A stretch of DNA of 64,000 nucleotides from Nanobdellota archaeon (GCA_021852265.1 JAJZNV010000014.1:1566-65565), one strand, 5' to 3'. Positions 49,911 to 60,812 are shown, counted from the first letter of the stretch. Numbers and translations: made by a program. The notes: generated by a model from the letters alone, not told the origin.

Positions 49911-51491
49911 TTATTGAATGCTTCCGAAGCTTACGGAAGGCATCACACCATTTGGAGGATACGCGCGAACCCGCGCCCATTGGATGTTTATGTAAGATGA
50001 TGGATCACAACTACCTAAACCAATAGCAGGATACACCAGTGTAGGTGCGGCGAGGGCAGTTTCGGAAAAGCTCGCAGCTGTGTAGTTTGTATATAATACC
50101 TCGGAATTTCCGCTTATCCACGCTATACCTGCAATCCCATGACGTAATACTGTACCTGCAGTATACCCTCCATAACCTGTAGCTATACTGCCCTTTACGA
50201 AATCATAAGACCAACCAGCTGATGGATAACTGCCCCAAGAGTACATGTATTGCGCGCTAGAAATACTGTTACCATTTGATTCTGCTACTCCTGAAGGACC
50301 CACACTACCATTAGCTGATATAATATCTGTATCAAATATCACAGGTGGAGTAAAACCTATAACTGAAACTAATCCGACATCAGATGAAGTGGAATTCACA
50401 TTTAAAGATAATTTATTGTTAACAGCTACCCTATTAGATATAGCGTAAGGAACAGCGCCGTTATCACACATATAATTAATACCGCCTGCACCATAATTCC
50501 ATGAACTATTTAATGAGCTAATAGAATTGCTGTTAAAATTCCAGTAATCTACGAAAATTTCGGCACCATCATCATACTGTCCATATGCTACTGATAACTG
50601 AGGGGCTTCTCCGATGTTGTTGGTGTTGAAGAGATTCGAAGTTGTCGGGGCGAAGCCCATGTAGATGGTCTGCTTGCTGCTAGACCCCAGTCCTCCGTTC
50701 AGCTTAAGCCAGAAGATGGAGAATGTAGAACTCTTTGAGCCATTGGATTCGAGCCATGAGGGGATTACTTGCCCATTTGGATAATAGAATATCACATTCT
50801 GGAGATTAGGTGCCCCATAAGATGTGAAATTAGCCGCTGAAAGGTTGATCATCTGCTGGAATGGTGCTGGAGTGGCTGAAGATTGAGAATTAGTTATATT
50901 TAGCTGTTCTTTATGTGATAATCCTAATACAACCATGTTCTGGACCGAGAAAGATATAGAATTTGAGGGCGTTCCCTGCACGGTACCGCTGGAGAAATAT
51001 GGTCCCTGGAATGTCTGCCCCGGTTCTGTGTAAGTGACTGATACCTTTAATGAGTAGCTGCTACCCGAAGAACAAAGTGATGTCGAAGAGAGGAATATTG
51101 TATTTTCCTGATTTGGTGTCAATAAGATATTTGTATTTAATGTGTTTGAATAACCTGAGTCCGAAGATATGTTTATCTTTGTTATATTCATTTGGGCTCC
51201 TGCTGAATTTCCTAACGTTATTAGTAAACCTTGGTTTCCTGAACATGCAGCTTGCACACTACCAAGACTGCTGAAGCCAGTTACTGTAGTTCCAGCAGAA
51301 TTTGTTGGAGAGAAGATTCCCAGAGAGTATAATCCTGCTGCCACTATGACTATGATCAATATGGCCCAGCCATACGTCATCATGTACTCAAGGGCAGATT
51401 GAGAATGCTTCGAAGAAAATGTCGTCAGTTTAGTTGTGCGTGTAGATATATAGGAAGATTTATCCGCATTGCTTTTCTTAGATGTAAACAT
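49911..51491 (-). CDS. Pilin-like (class III signal, DUF361-like QxxxE) Asn/Ser/Thr-rich surface protein (526 aa)
   Basis: After a Ser/Thr/Lys-rich leader comes KHS|QSALEYMMTYGWAILIIVIVAAGLY, with Gln at +1, Glu at +5 and an approximately 20-aa hydrophobic stretch. The remainder is N/S/T/G-rich with many sequons. Confidence 0.6.
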   Translation of the reverse strand: MFTSKKSNADKSSYISTRTTKLTTFSSKHSQSALEYMMTYGWAILIIVIVAAGLYSLGIFSPTNSAGTTVTGFSSLGSVQAACSGNQGLLITLGNSAGAQMNITKINISSDSGYSNTLNTNILLTPNQENTIFLSSTSLCSSGSSYSLKVSVTYTEPGQTFQGPYFSSGTVQGTPSNSISFSVQNMVVLGLSHKEQLNITNSQSSATPAPFQQMINLSAANFTSYGAPNLQNVIFYYPNGQVIPSWLESNGSKSSTFSIFWLKLNGGLGSSSKQTIYMGFAPTTSNLFNTNNIGEAPQLSVAYGQYDDGAEIFVDYWNFNSNSISSLNSSWNYGAGGINYMCDNGAVPYAISNRVAVNNKLSLNVNSTSSDVGLVSVIGFTPPVIFDTDIISANGSVGPSGVAESNGNSISSAQYMYSWGSYPSAGWSYDFVKGSIATGYGGYTAGTVLRHGIAGIAWISGNSEVLYTNYTAASFSETALAAPTLVYPAIGLGSCDPSSYINIQWARVRAYPPNGVMPSVSFGSIQ

Positions 51492-51552
51492 AATAAGTTT
51501 ATGTAAATTTTTGGATTTAAATGTTAAGCGTATAGTAAAGTGAAATTATAAA

Positions 51553-52650
51553 TTAATTGTTTCCTGTCACCAAGCATATAATATTTTTGTTATTGAGCTT
51601 CGAGGGGCTGCGTTTGTAAAGCTTTAGGAAACCGGCAAATGCTGCTGCGCCGCCTTCTTCTGCATAAATATGCGATTTATGCAGCGTTTTAACTGCATCC
51701 GCTATTTCCTTGTCTTTCACCGCAATCGCCATGCCTTTACTTTTTCTGAGCGCTGAAATGCCTTCAAAACCGAATGTTGGATACCCAACTGCGATGGCAT
51801 CCGCACCCGTATTTGGACTTACATACTGTATTTTTTTATGTACATTAAACGCTCTAACCAATGGATTGCAACCCTCTGCCTGTACGGCAACCAGTCTAGG
51901 TAATCTTTTAATTAGTCCGAAGCGCTTGAACTCTAATAGTCCTTTGTAGATGCCTGCTAATAGTGTGGCGTTTCCTACCGGAAGAACTATAAAATCTATA
52001 GAAGTCTTAGATTGTTCCAGTATTTCATATGCTATACTCTTCTGGCCTTCCTTTCGGTAATGATAATCGCCGCAAAGAAATGCATTATTAACTCTGGCGA
52101 ATAATTCTGCAGTCTCAAGAGCTTTATTAAAGTCTCCCTCAAGTTCGATTATCTCGGCTTTTTGTGCCTTTATCTTATTTATTTTTGCAGGCTTTGCATC
52201 CTTGCTTATGAAGATCCTGCATTTTAGTCCGAACTTTTTTGAATATGTCGCGACGGATAAACCCATGTTCCCGGTTGATGCACAGCAAACCTCTTTAAAC
52301 CCGAGCTCCTTCGCCTTGCTTATCTCAAGCGCAGACCCTCTGTCTTTGAACGAGTGGGTTGGATTTTTAGTTTCTAACTTTAATGCCAGATTCACGCCAG
52401 CAAATTCATATTTCACAAGAGGAGTACCTCCCTCACCCAGCGTAAAAAACTTCCCACTGAGTGGAAACAGTTGCTTATATCTAGAATTTTTTATCTTTGA
52501 CTTATGAAGAGTTATTGATTTTGGATATGCGTATGACACTTCAAGTATTGATTTGCATTTATTGCACCTGAATATCGGATTTTTAGGGCCATATTCTTCG
52601 TCGCAACTGGAACATTTTAAAATGTATCGCATAACTGCTATACACGTCAT
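51553..52650 (-). CDS. thrC: Threonine synthase (PLP-dependent, with N-terminal zinc ribbon)
   Basis: The PLP-lysine motif NPTHSFKDRG is present. An N-terminal CxxC...CxxC ribbon is present. The fold-type II layout is present with the glycine-rich loop. Confidence 0.7.
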   Translation of the reverse strand: MTCIAVMRYILKCSSCDEEYGPKNPIFRCNKCKSILEVSYAYPKSITLHKSKIKNSRYKQLFPLSGKFFTLGEGGTPLVKYEFAGVNLALKLETKNPTHSFKDRGSALEISKAKELGFKEVCCASTGNMGLSVATYSKKFGLKCRIFISKDAKPAKINKIKAQKAEIIELEGDFNKALETAELFARVNNAFLCGDYHYRKEGQKSIAYEILEQSKTSIDFIVLPVGNATLLAGIYKGLLEFKRFGLIKRLPRLVAVQAEGCNPLVRAFNVHKKIQYVSPNTGADAIAVGYPTFGFEGISALRKSKGMAIAVKDKEIADAVKTLHKSHIYAEEGGAAAFAGFLKLYKRSPSKLNNKNIICLVTGNN

Positions 52651-52701
52651 TAACTAATAAAGTTATTTAGTCAGTATAGCCAAGAATTAACTAATTTGAG
52701 T

Positions 52702-53406
52702 CTATAATCCAATATCGGATACATTATGATTTTTCCCATGTGAAACGCATATAAGATCTGGGTTAAGGTCTCTGATCTTTTTTACACTCCCCAAGAGCGC
52801 GATGTAATCATCATAGAACTTCGGCGCAATCAACTTATCCGTGTTTCCAAACATAAGGTCACCGACGATTACAGTCTTTGAGTCGGCGAGGTATATCGAG
52901 ATGGAATCCTGAGTGTGCCCCGGCGTCTCAAGAACTCTTGCATTTAGGTGCATATGTTTTGGAAAAATGCCCTCCTTCAGGATCATATCTGGTTTTACAA
53001 ATTTTGGCTTTTTGGCACCGACAAACCGTTTGGCTATCTTCAGCATTATTCTTGTTTTCAAATTTTTTGCTTTTGAGGCATCTGGAAACTCTAAACCGGA
53101 TGAGCCGTCTACAAAGCCGATACCCCTCTCATTAATACCTAACATTGCATTCGAAAGCTTTTTTATATCTGCTGCGCTGCCCATATGGTCTATATGCGCA
53201 TGGGTGAGCAGGATATATTTAACATCGGAAACTGATTTACCTATACTGTTGATATAACTAACTATCTTCTGCTGACTGTTCGGCATGCCAGTATCAACGA
53301 GGATTAAACTGCCATCCATTGCCTCGAGGAGAAAAACTTTTACACTTCCTAAGTATATCTCATGAAGTGACTGATTTATTTTTTGCCCTAATAGTCTATT
53401 TTCCAT
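52702..53406 (-). CDS. MBL-fold metallo-hydrolase
   Basis: LLTHAHIDHMG (HxHxDH) is present with downstream His/Asp ligands. Confidence 0.7.
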   Translation of the reverse strand: MENRLLGQKINQSLHEIYLGSVKVFLLEAMDGSLILVDTGMPNSQQKIVSYINSIGKSVSDVKYILLTHAHIDHMGSAADIKKLSNAMLGINERGIGFVDGSSGLEFPDASKAKNLKTRIMLKIAKRFVGAKKPKFVKPDMILKEGIFPKHMHLNARVLETPGHTQDSISIYLADSKTVIVGDLMFGNTDKLIAPKFYDDYIALLGSVKKIRDLNPDLICVSHGKNHNVSDIGL

Positions 53407-53509
53407 CTAATTCATTAAGTTTTGCAGCTTATAAATCTTGGGCTCAGAAGCTACCCTTATCATCATCGTTTCCTCAGAAGGTGTTCACTTAATCATCGCC
53501 CGTTTATGC

Positions 53510-54094
53510 CTAGCCCGGAAAGCTCGGAACGCTACCCGAATTATTAGTACTACCTGTTTGTCCACTGTAATATATAAGTATGAAGTTTGTGGTTGAGGAG
53601 ATCGAATTCAACTTGATCTGGGACAACGAAACGTTACCTGGTGAGATACTGCCATAGCCCGTGTACGGAAGTGCGGAATTGGTCCCGGTTATTGTGAATA
53701 GCTCCCACGAAGCAGTTGCATTGTTGCATAAGTCCCTCAAAAATTGCTTTGAGGTGACACAGATTAATCGCCCTCCCGACTCTACATACGAAAGATTTGC
53801 ACTCGACAGTATAAAATTTGTTAATTCCAGCAGATTTGTTGCATTGGTGCTCGCAGTTATACTAGAGACGGGAGTTTGTGCTATTCCCCCCAGATCAGAA
53901 ACATTAATATTTGAGAATCTTGCAGGCGATAGTGAATAAAATACTGATGTTGAATTTATTAGATTATTTGGAGTGAGTATTTCATATGATAGAGGTGTCG
54001 AATTTGGGACTTGCGGAATAAAGAATATTATCGAACCAACAAATGCCACTGCTATCATGATTGCAACTATCTGTTTCAGTCTCCTATTTACCAT
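53510..54094 (-). CDS. Membrane-anchored Ser/Thr/Asn-rich surface protein (194 aa)
   Basis: An N-terminal TM (IVAIMIAVAFVGSIIFFI) is followed by an S/T/N-rich sequence with sequons. Confidence 0.45.
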   Translation of the reverse strand: MVNRRLKQIVAIMIAVAFVGSIIFFIPQVPNSTPLSYEILTPNNLINSTSVFYSLSPARFSNINVSDLGGIAQTPVSSITASTNATNLLELTNFILSSANLSYVESGGRLICVTSKQFLRDLCNNATASWELFTITGTNSALPYTGYGSISPGNVSLSQIKLNSISSTTNFILIYYSGQTGSTNNSGSVPSFPG

Positions 54095-54111
54095 GATTTA
54101 TTATCTATTAA

Positions 54112-55431
54112 TCACTTTATTAGAACGTAACCGAGTAGGGATACTGCTATTATTATCGCCAAGCCCACCAAAAATGCCGCGGGCGATAAAAGTATAAGCG
54201 CTATAAGCAAAATTCCGACAAAAATACCGAACGCCGCTCTAGCACGATCCCGTGTTCTTACGTAATGGTATCCATAGCCTATCGCAAAGAAAACGAAAGC
54301 GGATGCAAAGGAAAGCGCACTAAGGATTATTATAGGTATATAGATAAATAAGGCCCCAGGCACTAATGTTACTATATTAGAGAATATAGTTATAAGTGCA
54401 ATCGGCACTGCTGCGGTTATTAATAACTTCAGGTTCTGATCATTTATTAAGAATCTGGGCATTAACCCGTCTCTTGCCATATCGCCGAGGGTATGATTGG
54501 CGGCGTTTATAACTGTTAATGCCATTGTCAATATCACGACTATAGAAAGACCAATTATTATATCTTCAAAGGTAGTGCCTAGGCCGGAGGTCAATACATT
54601 GGCGGTGAATACACTGACTGGATTTAATTGTATGCTTGAAAGATTAATACCGGAGCTGTTCCAGAAGACAAGAAGCTGCATTACTGCAAATATGACTATC
54701 GCACTGAAAAGAACATATATCAATACTCGCGCAACCTTCGAGCGGTCCTTTCCTCTATAAGCGATTGCTACACTCTCAAATCCACCATACATCCAAAGGA
54801 ACAAAAGGATAGCCAGCGCAAATGGTGCAAAGGTATAGGCTGGAAAACTTATTGAAGTACTAGCAGAATTGATTCCATTTCTAAACACTGCTATTGCACC
54901 CACCACTATAAGCAGTAAAACAAAGAAAATTTTAAGCGCACCGGCAAAGTTTATAGTGCGTCGAGTATGATTATAGAAGAGCAGCACCCACATAAATAGG
55001 AAAATGACGTCCACTATTGCTATGGCGACATAAACATCTACACCGAAAAATTCTGACAGTTCTCCTACAGATGCAATGCCTGCTGCAGTTATAGTTATGA
55101 TAAAGGAAATCAGCATCAGAAAACCAAATATGAATGAGTATTCTTTATTTGAAGTAACCTTTAAGAAATTATATGGATCGTGACTGTGAGTCAAAGATAT
55201 ATCATATATTAAAACCGCAATCAGCAGTGCAATGAAACCTGCACCAATTACTAAGTAAACTGATAGAGGCCCTCCATAGACAAGTGAAACGAAAATCGGC
55301 AGTATCAGGATCCCAAGCCCTATTATACCTGCAAGCCCATGTAAGTATAACTCGGAAACCGAGTGTTCTTTCGAAGCTTTCGCGGCTTTAACCTGTCTTT
55401 TTGCCTTAGTTCTCCTAGTGGATTTTGGCAT
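54112..55431 (-). CDS. APC-superfamily-like polytopic transporter (probable amino-acid permease)
   Basis: 439 aa with about 12 TM helices, a basic cytoplasmic N-tail, and a glycine-rich first helix pair. Confidence 0.45.
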   Translation of the reverse strand: MPKSTRRTKAKRQVKAAKASKEHSVSELYLHGLAGIIGLGILILPIFVSLVYGGPLSVYLVIGAGFIALLIAVLIYDISLTHSHDPYNFLKVTSNKEYSFIFGFLMLISFIITITAAGIASVGELSEFFGVDVYVAIAIVDVIFLFMWVLLFYNHTRRTINFAGALKIFFVLLLIVVGAIAVFRNGINSASTSISFPAYTFAPFALAILLFLWMYGGFESVAIAYRGKDRSKVARVLIYVLFSAIVIFAVMQLLVFWNSSGINLSSIQLNPVSVFTANVLTSGLGTTFEDIIIGLSIVVILTMALTVINAANHTLGDMARDGLMPRFLINDQNLKLLITAAVPIALITIFSNIVTLVPGALFIYIPIIILSALSFASAFVFFAIGYGYHYVRTRDRARAAFGIFVGILLIALILLSPAAFLVGLAIIIAVSLLGYVLIK

Positions 55432-55751
55432 ATTAAATTAACGTGAGAGTTAGTATAAATACTTAGCTAGATTCGTCGCACGAAGGCTTAAGCCTTACCT
55501 CGCCAGCCACCGAGAAGGATATACCTCAAAAGAGGATACTTATCTCGCCCCATCTTGTATTCTTCAAAACTGTTGTACTATTTAACCGGTCTACCGGTTT
55601 CTTTAGCAATAATGGTAGTTGGCATAGAGTATCGAACCGAATAGAAGATTACACTGCCACATCTACGCAAAATAACTTCTAATTTCATTTGTATGGTAAG
55701 GTTACCACTGCTTAACTGATTAATTTTCCCTTTTGAAGAGCACCATCTGCT

Positions 55752-57149
55752 CTACAGGTATTTGCTCTCTTTCTTGCCTGCTTCTGTAAGTTTAACAAAC
55801 TGTGCATTCTTCCTGAACTCTTCCAGATTCCTAGAATTTAGATATGTCATTGCCGATTTTACCCCGCCCACTAGATTTGTTACTATTTTTGTTACACTTC
55901 CTCTATAGGGTACTAAGGTTTCTGTGCCTTCCGGAGTATATCCTTCTAAATCGGCAGTTTCATTTGTCCTTAACGATTTGTCAGAGAATGCGTCTATTGA
56001 AGCCATCCCTCTATAAAACTTATAATTTGTGCTTGATTTTGTGACTATCACACCGGGACTCTCGTCCGTTCCTGCGAAAAGCCCCCCAATCATCGCCACA
56101 CTGGCCCCTGCCGCAATAGCCTTTGATAAGTCGGCGGACTTCTGAATACCTCCGTCTGCAATCACGGGTATTCCATTCTTTGCGCATTCCATTATTGCAC
56201 TAAGTTGTGGATAACCGACACCAGCAACGGGGCGTGTTAGGCAGGCACCACCAGGACCTATCCCTATCTTGACACAATCCGCGCCTGCCTTTTTGAGATT
56301 TAGAACTCCCTCTTTCGTTGCGATATTCCCGGCGATTACTTCAACTCCGAATTTTTTCTTTACGGTCTTTACTACATTGGCTGTTTTTTCTAAATAGCCA
56401 TTCGCTACATCTACCACTATGAAATCTGCACCTGCGGTAATCAGTGCATCCGTACGCTGTAAATAGTCGGAGCCTATGCCTATTGACCCTCCAACGATGA
56501 GGCGCCCTTGTTTATCTTTGGAAGCAACGCCATAACTTTCAGCCATCTTTATATCCTTCGCAGTTATCATGCCGACCAGATTATTGTTGGAATCAACTAA
56601 TGGAAGTTTTTCTTTCTTATTCTTTAACAGTATCTTCTTAGCTTCGTCTATTGAAGTGCCTGCCTTTGCTGTTATGACGTCGTGTGTCATCATCTCTTCC
56701 ACTCTTTTTTCGTCATCAGTCTCAAACTGAAAATCCCGTTTTGTTATTATACCAACTAACTTTTTGCCTTTCAAAACTGGAAAACTACTGACGCCCTTGT
56801 CATGGATTAGTTCCTTGAGCTGTTTTAATGTAAACTCGGGCGCAACCACGTATGGCTGACTTATTATTACGTTCTGTTCCCGTTTTACCTTTGAGACTTC
56901 CTCGGCTTCCTTTTCGATAGTATTAAATCTGTGAATCGCACCAACGCCGCCCATCCTAGCCATCGCTATCGCCATTTGAGATTCCGTCACTGTATCCATA
57001 TTTGAACTCATAATCGGGATAGAAAGTTTTATCTTTTCCGTCAGTTGTGTTGTCGTATCAACCTCTTTTCTTGATGAAACATTAGATACTCTTGGAATTA
57101 AAAGAACATCATCGAATGTTAGTAACTGCCTAATCTCCATATAAACCAA
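55752..57149 (-). CDS. guaB: IMP dehydrogenase with CBS pair
   Basis: The N-terminus [13 protein letters not shown] is conserved. A tandem CBS insert is present. The catalytic-loop region [11 protein letters not shown] and MIGGLFAG are present. Confidence 0.9.
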   Translation of the reverse strand: MVYMEIRQLLTFDDVLLIPRVSNVSSRKEVDTTTQLTEKIKLSIPIMSSNMDTVTESQMAIAMARMGGVGAIHRFNTIEKEAEEVSKVKREQNVIISQPYVVAPEFTLKQLKELIHDKGVSSFPVLKGKKLVGIITKRDFQFETDDEKRVEEMMTHDVITAKAGTSIDEAKKILLKNKKEKLPLVDSNNNLVGMITAKDIKMAESYGVASKDKQGRLIVGGSIGIGSDYLQRTDALITAGADFIVVDVANGYLEKTANVVKTVKKKFGVEVIAGNIATKEGVLNLKKAGADCVKIGIGPGGACLTRPVAGVGYPQLSAIMECAKNGIPVIADGGIQKSADLSKAIAAGASVAMIGGLFAGTDESPGVIVTKSSTNYKFYRGMASIDAFSDKSLRTNETADLEGYTPEGTETLVPYRGSVTKIVTNLVGGVKSAMTYLNSRNLEEFRKNAQFVKLTEAGKKESKYL

Positions 57150-57234
57150 AGTCTTTATGTATTTCGGTTTTAAATATATTTCGGCTCAAAAAAGAATGCT
57201 TATATTAAGACGGGGGCGTATCTATATCAGTTAC

Positions 57235-57322
57235 GGGCCGATGGCGCAATTGGCAACGCGCTCCCCTTGCAAGGTTTTCCCAACAGCGGGAGAGACTCCG
57301 GGCTCAAATCCCGGTCGGTCCA
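57235..57322 (+). tRNA. tRNA-Ala (anticodon UGC) with a roughly 15-nt intron in the anticodon arm
   Basis: Hand-folded. The acceptor pairs GGGCCGA with UCGGUCC, including the Ala-identity G3:U70 wobble, with discriminator A. The anticodon stem pairs CUCCC with GGGAG, interrupted by 15 nt after the loop CUUGCA(A). The T arm is CCGGG-CUCAAAU-CCCGG. A T6 run at 57324-57329 serves as terminator. Confidence 0.75.
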
Positions 57323-57410
57323 CTTTTTTAGATATAATATTTGTGGGACTATTTTGTATTCCAAAAATATTTAAGCTTAGCACGGTTTTAGTACTTATCT
57401 AAATTATAAT

Positions 57411-57665
57411 ATGTACGTATCTCTTTTTGGAAAAAACCTTAGAAAAGTAACGGCGGAACTGATTGCTTCTGCAGTCATAATATCTTTCATTGAAGAATTT
57501 GCGCTGATGCGTGCTGGATTTTTAGCTATACATGGATTACTAGATTTCTTTGCGATAACTGCGATACTGGCAGTAATTGAGCTTATACTGATGTTTATGG
57601 TGGAAGAATTCCTTATCGCTGCAAAACACGTAGTTAAGAAAAGAATAAAAAGAAGACGTTCTTAA
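57411..57665 (+). CDS. Small hydrophobic membrane protein (84 aa)
   Basis: An ORF with two predicted TM helices and a basic C-tail. Confidence 0.3.
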   Translation: MYVSLFGKNLRKVTAELIASAVIISFIEEFALMRAGFLAIHGLLDFFAITAILAVIELILMFMVEEFLIAAKHVVKKRIKRRRS

Positions 57666-57707
57666 TTGTGCATTTGAGTGTATCTCCGGGCGCTTTTTAA
57701 AATTAGA

Positions 57708-57783
57708 TGGGTCGCCTGAGATTTGAACTCAGGATCTCTCGATTATCAGTCGAGTGCTCTAAGCCGGGCTGAGCTAGCGACCC
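57708..57783 (-). tRNA. tRNA-Ile (anticodon GAU)
   Basis: Hand-folded. The acceptor pairs GGGUCGC with GCGACCC, with discriminator A. The D arm is GCUC-AGCCCGGCUUA-GAGC. The anticodon arm is CUCGA-CUGAUAA-UCGAG. The T arm is CUGAG-UUCAAAU-CUCAG. Confidence 0.85.
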
Positions 57784-57823
57784 ATGTTAAGCTTTTAATT
57801 CCTTAAGCATAAATGCTTTACTT

Positions 57824-58372
57824 TTAACCAAGCACTGCTCTTACGCCATTTTGAATAACGGTGTATAAGACCGATCCGCCACCGGTGCCTATCACGAGAT
57901 ACACCATAACGATTATTATAGCGGCATCGATTAGTATTGGGATAATATCCAATACGGGTATCCAAAAAGTCACAAAAAATATCTTCGTAAGAACCAGTCT
58001 GATTACCTGTATTATAAGTATTATCAGAAGCGTGGATTCTGACACTAGCGTCATCGCCTGTACAGTTGAACTACTATGTAAACCCAAAGTAACCACCCCG
58101 TACATTAACGCCCCCGGCAACCCGGTTGCAAGCAGTAAAAATGCGCTTAGTATAGCAGACACTGATCCCTGTCCATAAAATGCGGCTGCAAGTGCAGCCC
58201 CCAACAACAAAAGGGCGATAATAATCTCGGATTTAAGTTTTTTAGGTACTAAGTCTGCAATAAGAAGTATGAGAAGATAGCCTATCAGCCAGATTGCATT
58301 CAGGTGCAGGGCTACATATGCAAATATTGTACCGATTATACCGAATGAGTATACATAGTCCAGCACACGCAT
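57824..58372 (-). CDS. Polytopic membrane protein (182 aa, about 5-6 TM), function unknown
   Basis: The sequence is hydrophobic throughout with no soluble domain. Confidence 0.4.
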   Translation of the reverse strand: MRVLDYVYSFGIIGTIFAYVALHLNAIWLIGYLLILLIADLVPKKLKSEIIIALLLLGAALAAAFYGQGSVSAILSAFLLLATGLPGALMYGVVTLGLHSSSTVQAMTLVSESTLLIILIIQVIRLVLTKIFFVTFWIPVLDIIPILIDAAIIIVMVYLVIGTGGGSVLYTVIQNGVRAVLG

Positions 58373-58440
58373 AACCTACTTTAAGATACCTGCGTTAATA
58401 TGTCTTAAAAACAATTAAATACATGGTAATTTAGTATAAC

Positions 58441-59631
58441 ATGAACAAAAATATCACAATCTATCGCAGCCACACAACTCCTATTGAAAAGCAGAAAGTG
58501 GAGATAGTTGAACGAAAAGGGTTGGGGCATCCAGATTTTATGGCCGATTCTATTAGCGAAACGTTCTCCAGAAATTTATCAAGGTACTATCTAAGTAATT
58601 TTAATAGGATACTGCACCATAATGTCGACAAACTTGAGGTTATAGGGGGTGAGACATCACCGAAGTTCGGAGGGGGAAAAGTAATCAAACCGATCTCAAT
58701 ACTGTTCTCCGGCCGCGCAACCAGCGCATTTGAAGGAAAAACGATACCTGTGGAAGATATAGCAATAGATTCCTCAAAAATGTGGTTAAAGGATAACATG
58801 CGATTCTTGGACCCGGAAGGCGTACGATACATTTTTGAAACGAAAAGCGGCTCAGCTAATTTATCCAGTGCATTTGACCGGAAAGGAAAAATAGGCTCCA
58901 ACGACACTTCCTTTGGTGTTGGATATGCACCATTGAGCGATGCAGAGAAAACTGTTCTCGAAATCGAGAAATTCACCAATTCAAAGTCATTCAAAGATAA
59001 ATTTCCTTTTTCTGGAGAAGACGTAAAAGTCATGTGCGTAAGGCGAGGAAATAAGATTGAGATAACTATGGCGATGGCATTTGTAGACAGATATATCAAT
59101 TCTGTTTCTGATTATTTCGATAAAAAATCGGCTGTGCTAGTTGAGCTAAACAAAAAATTCGAGTTTACGGAACTAAATCGTAAGATAAAGATAAGCTTAA
59201 ATGGTATGGATAGCAAAAAACTCGGTTTATCCGGCTGTTACCTAACTGTGACTGGCTCGAGTGCTGAGCACGGTGATGATGGTGCAGTAGGCAGAGGAAA
59301 CCGTGCAAATGGATTGATAACGCCTAACCGGCCGATGAGCCTAGAAGCAACTGCTGGAAAAAATCCTGTAAACCATATCGGTAAGATATACAACCTGTTC
59401 TCTATCGAGCTTTCTAAACGTTTATACGAATTGTATAACGTAGCCGTAAATGTTAGAACAGTCGGACGAATAGGCAGGCCACTGGAGGAACCACTTGTGC
59501 TATCAATTGAAACGACTAACAAAATCGACTATGATATTAAAAAGAGAATGCTATCAACGATTGGTGAAGAGCTTTCTAATATAAAAGATATTACGGATAA
59601 ATTATTAAACAATAAATTGTCCGTCTGCTAG
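58441..59631 (+). CDS. mat: Archaeal-type S-adenosylmethionine synthetase
   Basis: [18 protein letters not shown] matches the archaeal MAT N-terminal signature (ERKGxGHPD). The size of about 400 aa fits. Confidence 0.85.
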   Translation: MNKNITIYRSHTTPIEKQKVEIVERKGLGHPDFMADSISETFSRNLSRYYLSNFNRILHHNVDKLEVIGGETSPKFGGGKVIKPISILFSGRATSAFEGKTIPVEDIAIDSSKMWLKDNMRFLDPEGVRYIFETKSGSANLSSAFDRKGKIGSNDTSFGVGYAPLSDAEKTVLEIEKFTNSKSFKDKFPFSGEDVKVMCVRRGNKIEITMAMAFVDRYINSVSDYFDKKSAVLVELNKKFEFTELNRKIKISLNGMDSKKLGLSGCYLTVTGSSAEHGDDGAVGRGNRANGLITPNRPMSLEATAGKNPVNHIGKIYNLFSIELSKRLYELYNVAVNVRTVGRIGRPLEEPLVLSIETTNKIDYDIKKRMLSTIGEELSNIKDITDKLLNNKLSVC

Positions 59632-59639
59632 CCTTATTT

Positions 59640-60725
59640 ATGACAATGGACGAATTTGAGACTCTGAACCTTATAAAATACTTAGAAGGGATAAGGGGCC
59701 GGCATACGGAACTGGTTACAGTTTATGTACCTGCGGGATTTAATTTAGACATAATACGTGGACAGCTTTCAGAAGAAAAAAATACTGCCTCTAATATTAA
59801 GGATAGAAACAACAGAAAAAATGTCGTTGATGCTCTAGAGAAAATATCAAATGAGCTAAGACTTATACGATTAACCCCTGTTAATGGATTGATTGTATTT
59901 TGCGGCAATGTTTCTGAACGGGAAGGAGAACCAGATATAAAGATATGGGATGTCGAACCGCCGCAAAAATCGGACATAAGATTGTATCGCTGCGACCAGC
60001 ATTTCATAATAGAACCATTAAAGGCGATGTACCGCCAGGGTAACGCTTACGGACTAATAGTTCTGGATAATAGAGAGGCTACTTTTGGGGTTCTTGAGGG
60101 TGCAAATATAACCGCATTGAAACACATAAAATCTTTGGTACCGGGAAAATTCTCAAAAGGGGGCCAGTCTGCACAGCGATTTGCGAGGGAGAGAGAGGGC
60201 TTAATAAGAGATTTCTATAAAGAAATAGCAAATACTGCTAAATCCTTATTTTTTGAAGAAAACCTGTCAGGCATACTTGTCGGAGGACCTGGCCCTGCAA
60301 AAGAGAATTTTCTAGATAGCGGATATCTTGTAACTGACCTCAAGAAAAGGGTCAAAGGCATTAAAAGCATAAGCTATACCGATGAAAGTGGCCTGAAAGA
60401 GCTTGTGGAAAAAAGCAAGGATGTCTTGGCTAACGAAAGGGCTTTCATAGAAAAGGAGCTAGTACAAAAGGTCATGGCCAGTATAGCGCGAAATGACAAT
60501 TTGTCTGCATACGGCGAAATGGCAGTAAGGAAGGAGATAGCGGCGAACAATGTGGAACTCCTGCTGCTATCTTCCGGCTTAGAAGACACCATAAAAAATG
60601 AATTCTACTATGCTGCAAAGAAAGGGGATGTCCGGGTCGAATTTATTTCAAAGGAGTCTAGTGACGGCGCACAGCTTTACAGCCTTGGAGGAGTTGCAGC
60701 TATACTCCGAAGACCCTCAAAATAA
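59640..60725 (+). CDS. prf1: Peptide chain release factor aRF1
   Basis: The GGQ motif (KFSKGGQSAQRFAR) is present. The codon-recognition loop is TASNIKDRNNR, a NIKS-type motif with Ser replaced by Asp. Confidence 0.85.
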   Translation: MTMDEFETLNLIKYLEGIRGRHTELVTVYVPAGFNLDIIRGQLSEEKNTASNIKDRNNRKNVVDALEKISNELRLIRLTPVNGLIVFCGNVSEREGEPDIKIWDVEPPQKSDIRLYRCDQHFIIEPLKAMYRQGNAYGLIVLDNREATFGVLEGANITALKHIKSLVPGKFSKGGQSAQRFAREREGLIRDFYKEIANTAKSLFFEENLSGILVGGPGPAKENFLDSGYLVTDLKKRVKGIKSISYTDESGLKELVEKSKDVLANERAFIEKELVQKVMASIARNDNLSAYGEMAVRKEIAANNVELLLLSSGLEDTIKNEFYYAAKKGDVRVEFISKESSDGAQLYSLGGVAAILRRPSK

Positions 60726-60812
60726 TTTTGTGTGTCGATACTTGTTATTTATAACCTTCGAGTTCGAAGCCTTTGTCCAAAAAGTTAAATAGTTGGTTAT
60801 TCTTTAAAGGGT

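Noticed and set aside
59640-60725. Stop-codon reassignment suggested by the aRF1 NIKD variant
   Set aside because: Within this window TAA, TAG (mat, 59629-59631) and TGA (archease, 15585-15587) all terminate well-supported genes at canonical lengths.
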